This document shows positions 1 to 8,597 of a DNA stretch of 64,000 nucleotides, in pieces. Position numbers and translations under genes: made by a program. How positions within the stretch are numbered: the first letter of the stretch is position 1; each line of letters begins with the position of its first letter. This DNA comes from an uncultured Solirubrobacterales bacterium (GTDB lineage: Bacteria; Actinomycetota; Thermoleophilia; Solirubrobacterales; Solirubrobacteraceae), in assembly GCA_963751185.1 (NCBI GenBank), contig CAVVTO010000009.1, positions 77,838 to 141,837 of the forward strand, given 5' to 3'. The notes under the pieces were generated by a model that saw only the letters and a list, made by a program, of their open reading frames with translations, did not search any database and was not told the DNA's origin.

Positions 1-1136
1 ATGAAGGCGTCCGGCGAGCCCTCATCCAACTGCCTGCGCAACAGATCGATGTTGCGCCGAGACTTTGCCTTGGAGCTGCGCACGGTCTCCAGGTAGCCGT
101 AGTGCTGAACGCGGACCGTTGTCTGGTGGATGCGGCCGGGAGCGTAGTGCGGCAGGCTGTGCGAAATCTGCTCATGGACGCGACCTTGGAACCGATACTG
201 GGGCCGGTTTCTGAACATGCGCAGCATGTTGTCGGTCGTGGCGAAACCATCGCCAACCCCGCCCACATAGCTGGTTTCGACCACGGAGAAGGCTTCCCTC
301 CAGGTGTGGCCCGTCAGCGCTCGGAGCCGCTCGGCATCCTCTGAGACCAAGACCTCGTCGGCATCGAGAAACATCACCCAATCGCCGGTGGCGGCGTCGA
401 AGGAGATGTTTCGGGCTTCCGCGAATGAGTCGGTCCATTCGTGCTCGATCACGCGAGCTCCGAACGATCGGGCGATCTGGATCGTCGTGTCACGCGACCC
501 CGTGTCGACGACGATGATCTCGTCGACGACCGGAGCGATCGCTCCCAGGCAACGAGGGAGCATCTCCTCCTCGTCTCGGACGATCATGCACAGGCTCAGC
601 GTCAGACCAGCGACCGGGCTCGCCTTCTGGGCGGCGACGGTGGCGCGACGCGAGAGGCTCGAACTCGTCGCTTGAATCGGCCGTGCGGTCGCTCTTTCCC
701 TAAGGCGGCTCTCCACCGCAGCGAGCTGCTCGTCCAGGCCGGCGAGACCCGGATCCAGACGTTGAGCTGCTTGGAACAGGGCGAGCGCGACATCGAAGTC
801 CCCGAGCTCGCGGAACGCGACGCCGGCGCAGCCCAGCACCACCGGCTCACTCGGTTGCGCTTCGAGGACCTCCACGGCAGCGTCGGCAACCGCCATCAGA
901 ACTCCAGCCGCCGGAGCGGAGGGGGTGCTCGCCGCGGCCGCAAGTCCGCGCTCGAGCAGAACCACCCGCGCGTGATAGACGCGATTCGGATCCTCCAGCC
1001 GGCTGGCATCCGCGAACAGCCGCCGGTAAGCGTCGACGTCGCCACCGGCCAGCAGCTCCTCGGCCCGAGCGCCTAGGTGTGCCGCAGAAAAAGGGCTCTC
1101 GTCGCCGGGCGCGAGCGAAGTTGCGGCGAAAACCAT
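1..1136 (-). CDS. TPR-repeat plus family-2 (GT-A) glycosyltransferase; the 3' end runs off the left edge
   Basis: Absent from the ORF track because no stop lies inside the window. My minus-strand translation from ATG 1136 stays open to position 1. It reads MVFAATSLAPGDES..., then TPR-like helices (AFRELGDFDVALALFQAAQRLDP), then a GT2 signature: LSLCMIVRDEEEMLPRCLGAIAPVVDEIIVVDTGSRDTT...GDWVMFLDADE (DxD). Confidence 0.8.
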   Translation of the reverse strand, partial: MVFAATSLAPGDESPFSAAHLGARAEELLAGGDVDAYRRLFADASRLEDPNRVYHARVVLLERGLAAAASTPSAPAAGVLMAVADAAVEVLEAQPSEPVVLGCAGVAFRELGDFDVALALFQAAQRLDPGLAGLDEQLAAVESRLRERATARPIQATSSSLSRRATVAAQKASPVAGLTLSLCMIVRDEEEMLPRCLGAIAPVVDEIIVVDTGSRDTTIQIARSFGARVIEHEWTDSFAEARNISFDAATGDWVMFLDADEVLVSEDAERLRALTGHTWREAFSVVETSYVGGVGDGFATTDNMLRMFRNRPQYRFQGRVHEQISHSLPHYAPGRIHQTTVRVQHYGYLETVRSSKAKSRRNIDLLRRQLDEGSPDAF

Positions 1137-1292
1137 CGTCTCCACTATGGTCGACACCTCCTCGGTGGCACTTGAGCCGCTTACGCTTCAGTTCCCCGCG
1201 GCACGACCGATTAAAGGGTTACCGGGCCCCTCGATGCCCAGGATCGTCTATGCCCGTCCCGATTTCACACCCGGTTCACGGAACGCCACGCG

Positions 1293-2750
1293 TTGCGCAA
1301 GCGTGAACGTGACCATCTGCTCGCTGTCGCCGACAGCATGCTCGACGGCGCGCGCCAGCTCCCCTACCTCGAGTCGGCGTCGGTGCGCAGGATGGCCCGC
1401 GACATCCTCGACGCGGTCCCCCTCCTCGACGCCCCGGCCTACGAGGGTACGCGTGAGGAGATCGCGCGGACCGCTGAAGGCTTGCTGGCCGCAGCCGGTG
1501 CCGACACGACCTCGGCAGAGCACGAACTGATTGGTCAACTCTGCGCGCTCAGGCAGCGACTTCTCGCCGACACAAACATCACGTACACGGTCGTGTTCAT
1601 GCCCTACAACGCGTCCATGTGGGACAGTTTCCACACCATCTGGGCCGCGGCTCAGGCTGATCCCCGGGTGGAGCCGATCGTGGTCCCGATCCCGTACGCG
1701 GACCGACTCCCGGACGGCGGCGCCGGTGCCTGGCACGTTCACACGACTGAGCTGCCCCCCGAGGTCCCAGTCACGCCGTATACGGAGTTCGATCTGCAAG
1801 CCACGCATCCTGACGTGATCTACGTCCACAATGCCTACGACGGCAACAACCGCGTCACGAGTGTCGCCCCGCAGTTCTATAGCGCCGAGCTGCGCCCGCA
1901 CACGGACCTGCTGGTGTACGTCCCGTACTACGTATCGGCGACGGCCCCCGGAGAGCACCTGTACGGCGCGCCAAGCTTCGAACTGTTCGACAAGGTGATC
2001 GTCCAGTCCGAAGAGATCGACCAGCCGGTCATCGAGAAGTGGACGAGCAACAAGGTGGTGCCGCTTGGTTCCCCGAAGTTCGACTACGTCCGTTCGCCGG
2101 GGTCACCTCCTCCGGCGGAGTGGACCGAAAGAACCAACGGCAAAACCGTGCTTCTACAGGTGACATCGATCGTCGAGCTGCTCGGCCCTCCGGCTGACCG
2201 TCAGGCGGTCATGCGGAAGCTGAACGAGGTCCTCGACGTGGTGGAGGCGAGTGAAGATCTCATGCTGTGGTGGCGCCCTCACCCGCTCGAGCGGGCGACC
2301 GTGACCAGCATGGTGCCTGACATCGAGCCCCTCCACGCGGCCTATGAGAAGCGGGCCAGGCGCTCCGGCCGTGTCCTAGTCGACACCTCGGCAGACCTGC
2401 AACGGGCGATCCACAACACGGACGCCTACTACGGCCAGTGGAGTTCAATCGTCACGCTCTACGGATTCACCGGCAAGCCGGTCGTCATTCAGGATGCCAA
2501 CGTGGAAACGAACGTCCCCCGGCCCGAGGGACCTCCGGACGGCGGCCCGATCGCTGCCCTGAGCGCGTGGGCTCGGCTTGAGTGGTTCGTCTATGAGGGT
2601 GCGATCGAGTACCTGCGCCGGATGCTGAGCCAACCCAACGGTCGTGTGCCAGGGCAGCATGAGTATTTCGCGTCACTCGCCGCGCACTCGGACGGGACTG
2701 CGGGCCAGCACATCCACGATTACGTGATCAGCTGCCTGACGGATGCGTGA
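1293..2750 (+). CDS. Putative TagF/TarL-like CDP-alditol (polyol-phosphate) transferase
   Basis: 485-aa ORF. N-terminal motif FMPYNASMWDSFHTIW. C-terminal half has LMLWWRPHPLE and VDTSADLQ...YYGQWSSIVTLYGFTGKPVVIQD, resembling the HP and SS...KP motifs of TagF-family enzymes. GTGA overlap with the next gene. Family assignment is from motif memory only. Confidence 0.5.
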   Translation: MRKRERDHLLAVADSMLDGARQLPYLESASVRRMARDILDAVPLLDAPAYEGTREEIARTAEGLLAAAGADTTSAEHELIGQLCALRQRLLADTNITYTVVFMPYNASMWDSFHTIWAAAQADPRVEPIVVPIPYADRLPDGGAGAWHVHTTELPPEVPVTPYTEFDLQATHPDVIYVHNAYDGNNRVTSVAPQFYSAELRPHTDLLVYVPYYVSATAPGEHLYGAPSFELFDKVIVQSEEIDQPVIEKWTSNKVVPLGSPKFDYVRSPGSPPPAEWTERTNGKTVLLQVTSIVELLGPPADRQAVMRKLNEVLDVVEASEDLMLWWRPHPLERATVTSMVPDIEPLHAAYEKRARRSGRVLVDTSADLQRAIHNTDAYYGQWSSIVTLYGFTGKPVVIQDANVETNVPRPEGPPDGGPIAALSAWARLEWFVYEGAIEYLRRMLSQPNGRVPGQHEYFASLAAHSDGTAGQHIHDYVISCLTDA

Positions 2751-3967
2751 CCGCCGCCATGACGTCCGACGTTGAGCGCGCGATCGACGAACTCCAGCGC
2801 TCCGGCCGGCTCCAGCACGTCGCGCTCTACGCCTTCGGCCACACCGCCGCGACCGAGCTGATGCGCCGACGCCTCGGCCTGTATGACATCACGCTGACCG
2901 GAGTCTTCGACAACAACCCGGCAAAGCAGGGCAGCTCCCTGCATGGGGTCCCCGTAATCGCACCGGACGCGATCGCCGACGCGAGCGTGCCGTCGGTCGT
3001 TCTGATCGCCTCGAGGTTCCACAGCGAGATGTGCCGGCAGCTGCTGAATCTCGGATACGCGGGGGAGATCATTCGCGTCGGCACCCTCTCCATCGAGGCT
3101 GACACGGCGTCCGGAACGGACCCTGATCGCGGCGCGCGGCTGCTCGGTCAGCTCCGCATCGCTCATCCGGACCGCCATCTCGTTGTGTGTCCGTTCGGCG
3201 CGCTGGGCGACGTGTACTGGGCGCTTGCCTACCTTCCAGCCGTTACTGCCGGCGGCCGCCCGCTACCGCCCGTGGTTGTGGTGGTGGTCGGTGAGGGGTG
3301 CCGGCAGGTCGCCCGGCTCTTCGGCCACGGGGACGTGCACAGCCTCTCGCAGGTCGAGATGGACGACCTTGTGGGGGCCGTCGTGGATGCGGGAGCGTCG
3401 GATGCGACGATCGCCCATCACGACCGGCCGTATGGCGACGGCGCCCCGGTCCGCGCCCTCGATCAACGCTTCGTGGCGTTTACTGACATGTACCGCGACC
3501 TGGTTTACAAGCTGCCGGCCCGCTCTCAACCGCGCGCCCCCACGCGGCACGTGCCCGCGTGGGCCAGGCCCGATGCCCCGTCGTGGGCAAGACAGATTCC
3601 CCAGGGCCGGGGTGTGCTGATGGCCCCCTACGCAAAGAGTGTCATGCCAGTTCCATTGTCGTTCTGGGAGGACACCGCCAAGCGCCATGCCTCGCAGGGG
3701 CACGTCGTCGCGACGGTCGTGCACGGTGAGGAGGAACCGGTACCCGGGACCCTGCCGCTCGAGATTCCGATATCGCAGATGCTCGATGCCGTTGAGCACG
3801 CGGGCACGTTCATCAGCCTGCGCAGCGGGCTCTGTGACGTCGTTCATACCGCGTGCGCCCGCAAGATCCACGCCTTCCCGGACGCGCATTACAGCACCAC
3901 TCCCTACAAGGTTGCTGACTTCTTCGCGCTCCCAGGTTGGGAATCGGTCGTTCTCCAGGTCTCATGA
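2747..3967 (+). CDS. GT9-like (heptosyltransferase-fold) glycosyltransferase with an extra N-terminal Rossmann-like domain; paralog A
   Basis: N-terminus HVALYAFGHTAATELMRRRLGLYDITLTGVFDNNPAKQGSSLHGVPVIAPDAI. Middle HLVVCPFGALGDVYWALAYLP, resembling the GT9 N-domain IGD motif. C-terminus AGTFISLRSGLCDVVH, resembling the GT9 xDSGxxH region. Clear paralog of 5778-7082. Confidence 0.5.
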   Translation: MTAAMTSDVERAIDELQRSGRLQHVALYAFGHTAATELMRRRLGLYDITLTGVFDNNPAKQGSSLHGVPVIAPDAIADASVPSVVLIASRFHSEMCRQLLNLGYAGEIIRVGTLSIEADTASGTDPDRGARLLGQLRIAHPDRHLVVCPFGALGDVYWALAYLPAVTAGGRPLPPVVVVVVGEGCRQVARLFGHGDVHSLSQVEMDDLVGAVVDAGASDATIAHHDRPYGDGAPVRALDQRFVAFTDMYRDLVYKLPARSQPRAPTRHVPAWARPDAPSWARQIPQGRGVLMAPYAKSVMPVPLSFWEDTAKRHASQGHVVATVVHGEEEPVPGTLPLEIPISQMLDAVEHAGTFISLRSGLCDVVHTACARKIHAFPDAHYSTTPYKVADFFALPGWESVVLQVS

Positions 3968-5014
3968 GCGCCAGAAGGCGATCATCCGCCGGTACATCTC
4001 CGCCATCCCGTAGCGCGGCTCCCAGCCGAGCGCACGGATCTTGTCTGTGGCCAGACGGTATGAAGAGGGCGGCGCATATCCCCGGCGTTCGATGTCCTCG
4101 GGCGGCTTGACGACGACATTGATCGTCCCGCCGGCGACCTCACGGGCGACCACCTCCGCCATTTGCCGAATGGTCATGCTTGCCTGCGAGTTGGCGACGT
4201 TGTACGCCTCTCCAGCTGCGCCTTTGGTGGCGACTAGCAACAGCGCGCGAACAGCATCCGTGAGGTAGCAGACGTTGGTCAGGGCGGCCCCGTCGGTGTG
4301 AAGCTCGATGTCACGCCCGGCCAGCACGGAACGCGCGAACTGCAATGGGACACGAGTGTTCTCGGGATCATTCGGAACCCCGGCACCGAAGGTGAGACCG
4401 AGGCGGGCATTGGTCGTGCGCAGGCCATACTTCGTGGCGTAGGCGGCGCTCAACGCCTCGGCCCGCCGCTTTCCCTCCGGATAGCTGCTGCGAGGCTCGT
4501 CCGGGTCGACTGTCCCCAGATCGCTCTCCGCAACCACGCCCGACAAGCCTTGGCCGTACACCTCCATCGAGGACACGTTGACGACGCCGCGGGCTCGGAG
4601 TGCCACAGCCAGGTCGAGGACGTTGCGGGTGCCGTCCACCGCTGTCGCGAGGACCTCTTGGGGATACGCGACCATGCGCGCCGATGACGTCACCCCCGCC
4701 GTATGAAAGACAAAGTCGGCCCGGTCCAACCGGCTCGTGGCCGGCGAGAGCTCGCGCACGTCCGCCGCTAGGAACCGCACGTCGAGCTCAGCTTCGAGCC
4801 CTCGCCCTTTGACCGCGTCGCGCCCCTGCGCGACCACGGTGAGATCCAGGTCCTTGGAAGCGTTGGCCCCGCTGAGCACCCGAGCGATCCCGCTCCCGAT
4901 TGTCCCCGTCGCGCCCGTCACCAGTACGGTGGCGCCCCGAAACCGGTCCCAGAGGATCGCGGGATCGTTCAGCGCTGTCTCGATATCGTCTCTGAGCACA
5001 TCAGACACGGCCAC
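3962..5014 (-). CDS. Extended-SDR NAD-dependent epimerase/dehydratase/reductase
   Basis: VLVTGATGTIGSGIA (TGxxGxxG), SSMEVYG, YPEGKRRAE (YxxxK). Lies 44 nt downstream of the cytidylyltransferase gene on the same strand. Confidence 0.8.
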   Translation of the reverse strand: MAVSDVLRDDIETALNDPAILWDRFRGATVLVTGATGTIGSGIARVLSGANASKDLDLTVVAQGRDAVKGRGLEAELDVRFLAADVRELSPATSRLDRADFVFHTAGVTSSARMVAYPQEVLATAVDGTRNVLDLAVALRARGVVNVSSMEVYGQGLSGVVAESDLGTVDPDEPRSSYPEGKRRAEALSAAYATKYGLRTTNARLGLTFGAGVPNDPENTRVPLQFARSVLAGRDIELHTDGAALTNVCYLTDAVRALLLVATKGAAGEAYNVANSQASMTIRQMAEVVAREVAGGTINVVVKPPEDIERRGYAPPSSYRLATDKIRALGWEPRYGMAEMYRRMIAFWRS

Positions 5015-5058
5015 GACGCACGCTCACCCGGCGGAGGATAGAGCGCGCCGGCCTCGGG

Positions 5059-5781
5059 TCACGCTGCCAGGATCTGCTGGTTCTCCATGACCTCGTACAG
5101 CGCGCGGAAAACATAGTAGTCCGTAGGCTTGGTGATCTTCATGTTGTTGGGCGTACTGGCGACCGTGCGCGGTCGGACCCCGCGCAAATGACAGAGATGG
5201 GCAGAGTCGATCGTCCCGATCTTCTCCGCCTGCGCCCATTCGTACAGCTCGTAGATCAGGCCGTACCGGAAGCTCTGCGGTGCTTTGGCGACCTGCATCT
5301 CATCGCGAGGCGGAACATCCACGATGTCACCGGCGGCGTCCACGCGCACGACACTTTCCACCACGCGCTCGACGGTGATGGCCGCCCCGTGCTCGCGGGC
5401 GGCGGCGATGTTCTCGGTTAGAAGCTGCTCGTCGATCAGGGGGCGCACGCCGTCGTGGATCAGGACGATGTCCTCGTCAGCCGTCGTGTCCCGCATGGCA
5501 ACCAGCCCGTTGTAGATCGACGCGTCACCGGTCAAGCCGCCGGGGACGATCGTCGTCACCTTTTCGATGTCATAGCGGCGCAGCAAACGCTTGAGCTCTG
5601 CGATCCACGACTCCAGGCACACGACCACGATCCTGTCAACCTCCGGATGCTTCTCGAAGTGCTCGATCGTGTAGATGATCACGGGTTTGCCGTGAAGCTC
5701 CAGAAACTGCTTCGGGGTCGATCGGGTGCTCATGCGCTGGCCGGTGCCTCCAGCGAAGATCAGACCCGTCACGGAATTCAT
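5059..5781 (-). CDS. IspD/TarI-family cytidylyltransferase (CDP-ribitol/CDP-alditol synthase-like)
   Basis: LIFAGGTGQRMSTRSTPKQFLELHGKPVIIYTIEHF...IVLIHDGVRP is typical of the IspD/TarI fold. ATGA overlap with the upstream gene. Confidence 0.75.
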   Translation of the reverse strand: MNSVTGLIFAGGTGQRMSTRSTPKQFLELHGKPVIIYTIEHFEKHPEVDRIVVVCLESWIAELKRLLRRYDIEKVTTIVPGGLTGDASIYNGLVAMRDTTADEDIVLIHDGVRPLIDEQLLTENIAAAREHGAAITVERVVESVVRVDAAGDIVDVPPRDEMQVAKAPQSFRYGLIYELYEWAQAEKIGTIDSAHLCHLRGVRPRTVASTPNNMKITKPTDYYVFRALYEVMENQQILAA

Positions 5782-7082
5782 GAGAACACTCCGACGACGT
5801 CATCGAGGACCAGGTCCATTTCGGAGGAGGAGAACTCGAGCTCCACCGCGTCATCACAAAGATCCATGGCGTTGAGGCTGAACATCTCGAACATTGAAGT
5901 CTTGAACCACGGTCCGCGCTCGTGGAGGATCACCTTCACGGCTCTGGCTGGACTGATCACATCGCACAGGCCGCTCCGCAAGCCCACGAAGAAGCCTGCG
6001 CTCTCGACGAACTGCACCGCTTGCGAAAACGGGAACTGGAGCAGCACGGTACCGGCCACCGCCGGTTCTTCGGGGCCGAAGCCGCTCGTGCACACGTCAT
6101 ATCCCCTGGCGGAGAGATCCGCCGCCAGTGAGTTCCAGAACTGCTCGTCATGCCCGTGCACCAGTGAACGCGCGTACGGAGCGAGAATGACCGTCCGTCC
6201 GGGCCTCAACCCGTTGCTGAGGAGCGCAGCCGGAGCCGCGGCCGGATCGGAATCGGACGACGGAACGTCGTGCGGCACGTCATCGTCGAGATCAAACGAT
6301 GCATACCGGAACATCTTCTCGAAGTTCAGCCCGTTGTAGCCCTGCATCTGGGCGACCGAACCGTTGAGAGACGGGTAGTGCATGACCACCAGGTCCTCGG
6401 CCCTGCGCCGAGCGACGCGAGCGTAGTCGACGATGTGCCACAGAACATCCTCGTCGAGTACGACAACCTCGTCAAATCCGAACAGCTCCACCATGCGCCG
6501 GCAGGCCCCGTTCGGGACGGCGATCACGAATCGTTGCACGTTGTTCTTCCGCACGTACTCACGGATGAACAGGCATTCGACGTAGACGTCGCCCGCCGGC
6601 GGCACCGGGGTCAGAAAGACGGTTCGCTTGCCATCGGCGCCATGGGCGAGCTTTCGTAGGGCTATCGCCCCTTTGGCAACCGGGGCCAGTCGGCGCAGGA
6701 ACACCCACCACGCCTTCTTGGGAGGGAGGGCACCGACCGAGAAAACCTGAGTACGCTTCGAATACCCCATCTGGACAACCTGATGGGTCATCTCTGACCA
6801 GTACGTCGGAGACGTGATCACGATTACGCGGTCCTTGTCGAAGGGGGCCAGCACCTCCTCGGGAGTCTGTACCGTCAAACCCAGGTATTCCCGACCGACC
6901 TTTTCCCTGCTGTTATCGATGATGGCGTCGACGGCAAAGCCGCGGTCCTCCAGCCAGCGCTTGCACCGCCCGTCGGTTACTGACGCACCGAACAGGACGA
7001 TCTTCTTGTCGTCGAAGACGCCCCTGCGCGCGAGCCGGCCGACTCGCTTCTCGATGTCGTCGAAGAATCTCTGCAGGCTCAT
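5778..7082 (-). CDS. GT9-like glycosyltransferase with N-terminal Rossmann-like domain; paralog B
   Basis: The track ORF is 5778-7277, but ATG 7082 (MSLQRFFDD...) forms an ATGA overlap with the stop of 7079-7558. KKIVLFGASVTDGRCKRWLEDRGFAVDAIIDNSREKVGREYLGLTVQTPEEV; VFLTPVPPAGDVYVECLFI; AGFFVGLRSGLCDVIS. Aligns by eye with 2747-3967 along its length. Confidence 0.55.
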   Translation of the reverse strand: MSLQRFFDDIEKRVGRLARRGVFDDKKIVLFGASVTDGRCKRWLEDRGFAVDAIIDNSREKVGREYLGLTVQTPEEVLAPFDKDRVIVITSPTYWSEMTHQVVQMGYSKRTQVFSVGALPPKKAWWVFLRRLAPVAKGAIALRKLAHGADGKRTVFLTPVPPAGDVYVECLFIREYVRKNNVQRFVIAVPNGACRRMVELFGFDEVVVLDEDVLWHIVDYARVARRRAEDLVVMHYPSLNGSVAQMQGYNGLNFEKMFRYASFDLDDDVPHDVPSSDSDPAAAPAALLSNGLRPGRTVILAPYARSLVHGHDEQFWNSLAADLSARGYDVCTSGFGPEEPAVAGTVLLQFPFSQAVQFVESAGFFVGLRSGLCDVISPARAVKVILHERGPWFKTSMFEMFSLNAMDLCDDAVELEFSSSEMDLVLDDVVGVFS

Positions 7083-7558
7083 GCTCTGACCATCCCGTGG
7101 CTCCGCAGCCTCAAGCAGCCGAGCGACACCAAATCGTCTTTGGTGACCCCTTGGCGACCCAACAGCCGGTGTAGACCGTTGCCGAACGGCTTGGTCAGCG
7201 ACACAATCAACAAGCGATCGGTGATGCTGCATAGCTCGTAGAACGCGATCAACGCATCGATCTGGCTTGCCGTCCATGACTCGGTGCCGACGATGCCTGG
7301 CGAGCGTTCGGGGTCCGCCCCCGAGTCTCCGAACTCAGACGCGCTCGGTGCTGGCAGCGAGCAGTCGCTCACCAGCACCACGCCTTGCGCACGCCTGTCC
7401 GCGACGAGGTCCTCGATGCGCCTGAGCGCCGCGGCATTCAGCTCGGCGTCGTCCTCCGGGAGGAGGAGCACGTACACACCCTGACCCACGTTGTACTTGC
7501 GCTCGAGTCGGGCCCATAGCCGGCTTCCGCGATAGGCGGCGTAGGTCTGCCTCAACAT
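7079..7558 (-). CDS. Hypothetical protein (159 aa) embedded in the glycan operon
   Basis: The ORF is translationally coupled on both sides (a 1-nt TGATG overlap upstream, ATGA downstream). No family recognised. Confidence 0.5.
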   Translation of the reverse strand: MLRQTYAAYRGSRLWARLERKYNVGQGVYVLLLPEDDAELNAAALRRIEDLVADRRAQGVVLVSDCSLPAPSASEFGDSGADPERSPGIVGTESWTASQIDALIAFYELCSITDRLLIVSLTKPFGNGLHRLLGRQGVTKDDLVSLGCLRLRSHGMVRA

Positions 7559-7932
7559 CAGAGGCTCTCGTCGACGGTGACGGTCATATCCGGCCCCTCA
7601 TCTCGGCTTACGCTCACAGAGACCGCGGTTCTCAACCCGGACGGCTTGGCGTCGTTCACGACGATCCGCTCTCCGAACGGGGCTCCGAAAATGATGTGGT
7701 CGTACCGGATACCGCTCTCGACCAGGAACACTTCGGTTGCCGCGCGATGGCTCTCCCCGCGGCTGGTCACGATCACGACCAGGTCGCCTGCCGGGATCTG
7801 CGCAAGGAGAGCACCGGCTCCCGGCAGGAGACTATCCCGCCCATCGGTCAGGTGCCCGTTGTGCTTGACCAGCGTGCCGTCCAGATCGAGGAACCAGGTG
7901 TGCCCGAGCGGGGAGAGAACGAGTTCCTTCAC
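7558..7932 (-). CDS. Small HAD-superfamily phosphatase
   Basis: FLDLDGTLVKHNG (DxDxT motif I) and VVIVTSR (motif II). GTGA overlap with the upstream SIS gene. Confidence 0.65.
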   Translation of the reverse strand: MKELVLSPLGHTWFLDLDGTLVKHNGHLTDGRDSLLPGAGALLAQIPAGDLVVIVTSRGESHRAATEVFLVESGIRYDHIIFGAPFGERIVVNDAKPSGLRTAVSVSVSRDEGPDMTVTVDESL

Positions 7933-8597
7933 CGCCGAGAGTCCTCTGGCAGCGCAGACCGCAGCTCATCCGCCCAGACCCCCAGCTCCGCCGCATCCAG
8001 CTCTTCATCCAGCTCCGCTGCATCGAGCTTGGCACCGATCGCGCCACCTGGATGATTGGCGTGCAGCACGTCAATCGGGACTCCGAAGTGCTCGATGAGC
8101 GCCATGGCCAATCCCTGCAGGACGATGAGGTTCAGCACCGTGGAGTTGTTGGGCAAGATGTTCCAGCCGTCACCTTCGTGCTCCAGGTCGAGCACGAGGC
8201 GCTTGGGGATCTCCCGCTGGAGGATGCTTTCGCGGCTAAACGTGAGAAGCCATTGCGTGCAGCGGCGCTTGCTCAGCAGGCGCGAGAGGTGCACCGACTC
8301 CGCGGTCTCACCGCTCTTGGTCATGATGACAACGAGATCCCCGTCACGCACCACTCCGAGATCACCGTGGACTGCCGAGTTCGTGTGCATGAACGCTGCC
8401 GCCAGGCCCACCGAGTTGAGCGTGCCGACGATCTTCTCGCAGATCGGCACGTTCTTGCCGAGGCCGGAGAAGACGAGCTTGTTACCGCCGGCGAGGGTGG
8501 CGATCGCGTCTTCCTCAAGGCTCGCGAACTCGTGTGGATCAATGGAGCGCACCGCGCCCGTGAGGATGCGGAGCGTCTCGTCGAAGTCGTGGCTCAC
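7929..8597 (-). CDS. SIS-domain sugar-phosphate isomerase (KpsF/GutQ-like, single domain, no CBS pair)
   Basis: KLVFSGLGKNVPICEKIVGTLNSVGLAAAFMHTNSAVHGDLGVVRDGDLVVIMTKSGETAE matches the KpsF/GutQ SIS core pattern. Start chosen at GTG 8597, which has a GAGGAGG Shine-Dalgarno 5 nt upstream and a GTGA overlap with the upstream stop. The track start at 8642 is the alternative. Confidence 0.7.
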   Translation of the reverse strand: MSHDFDETLRILTGAVRSIDPHEFASLEEDAIATLAGGNKLVFSGLGKNVPICEKIVGTLNSVGLAAAFMHTNSAVHGDLGVVRDGDLVVIMTKSGETAESVHLSRLLSKRRCTQWLLTFSRESILQREIPKRLVLDLEHEGDGWNILPNNSTVLNLIVLQGLAMALIEHFGVPIDVLHANHPGGAIGAKLDAAELDEELDAAELGVWADELRSALPEDSRR

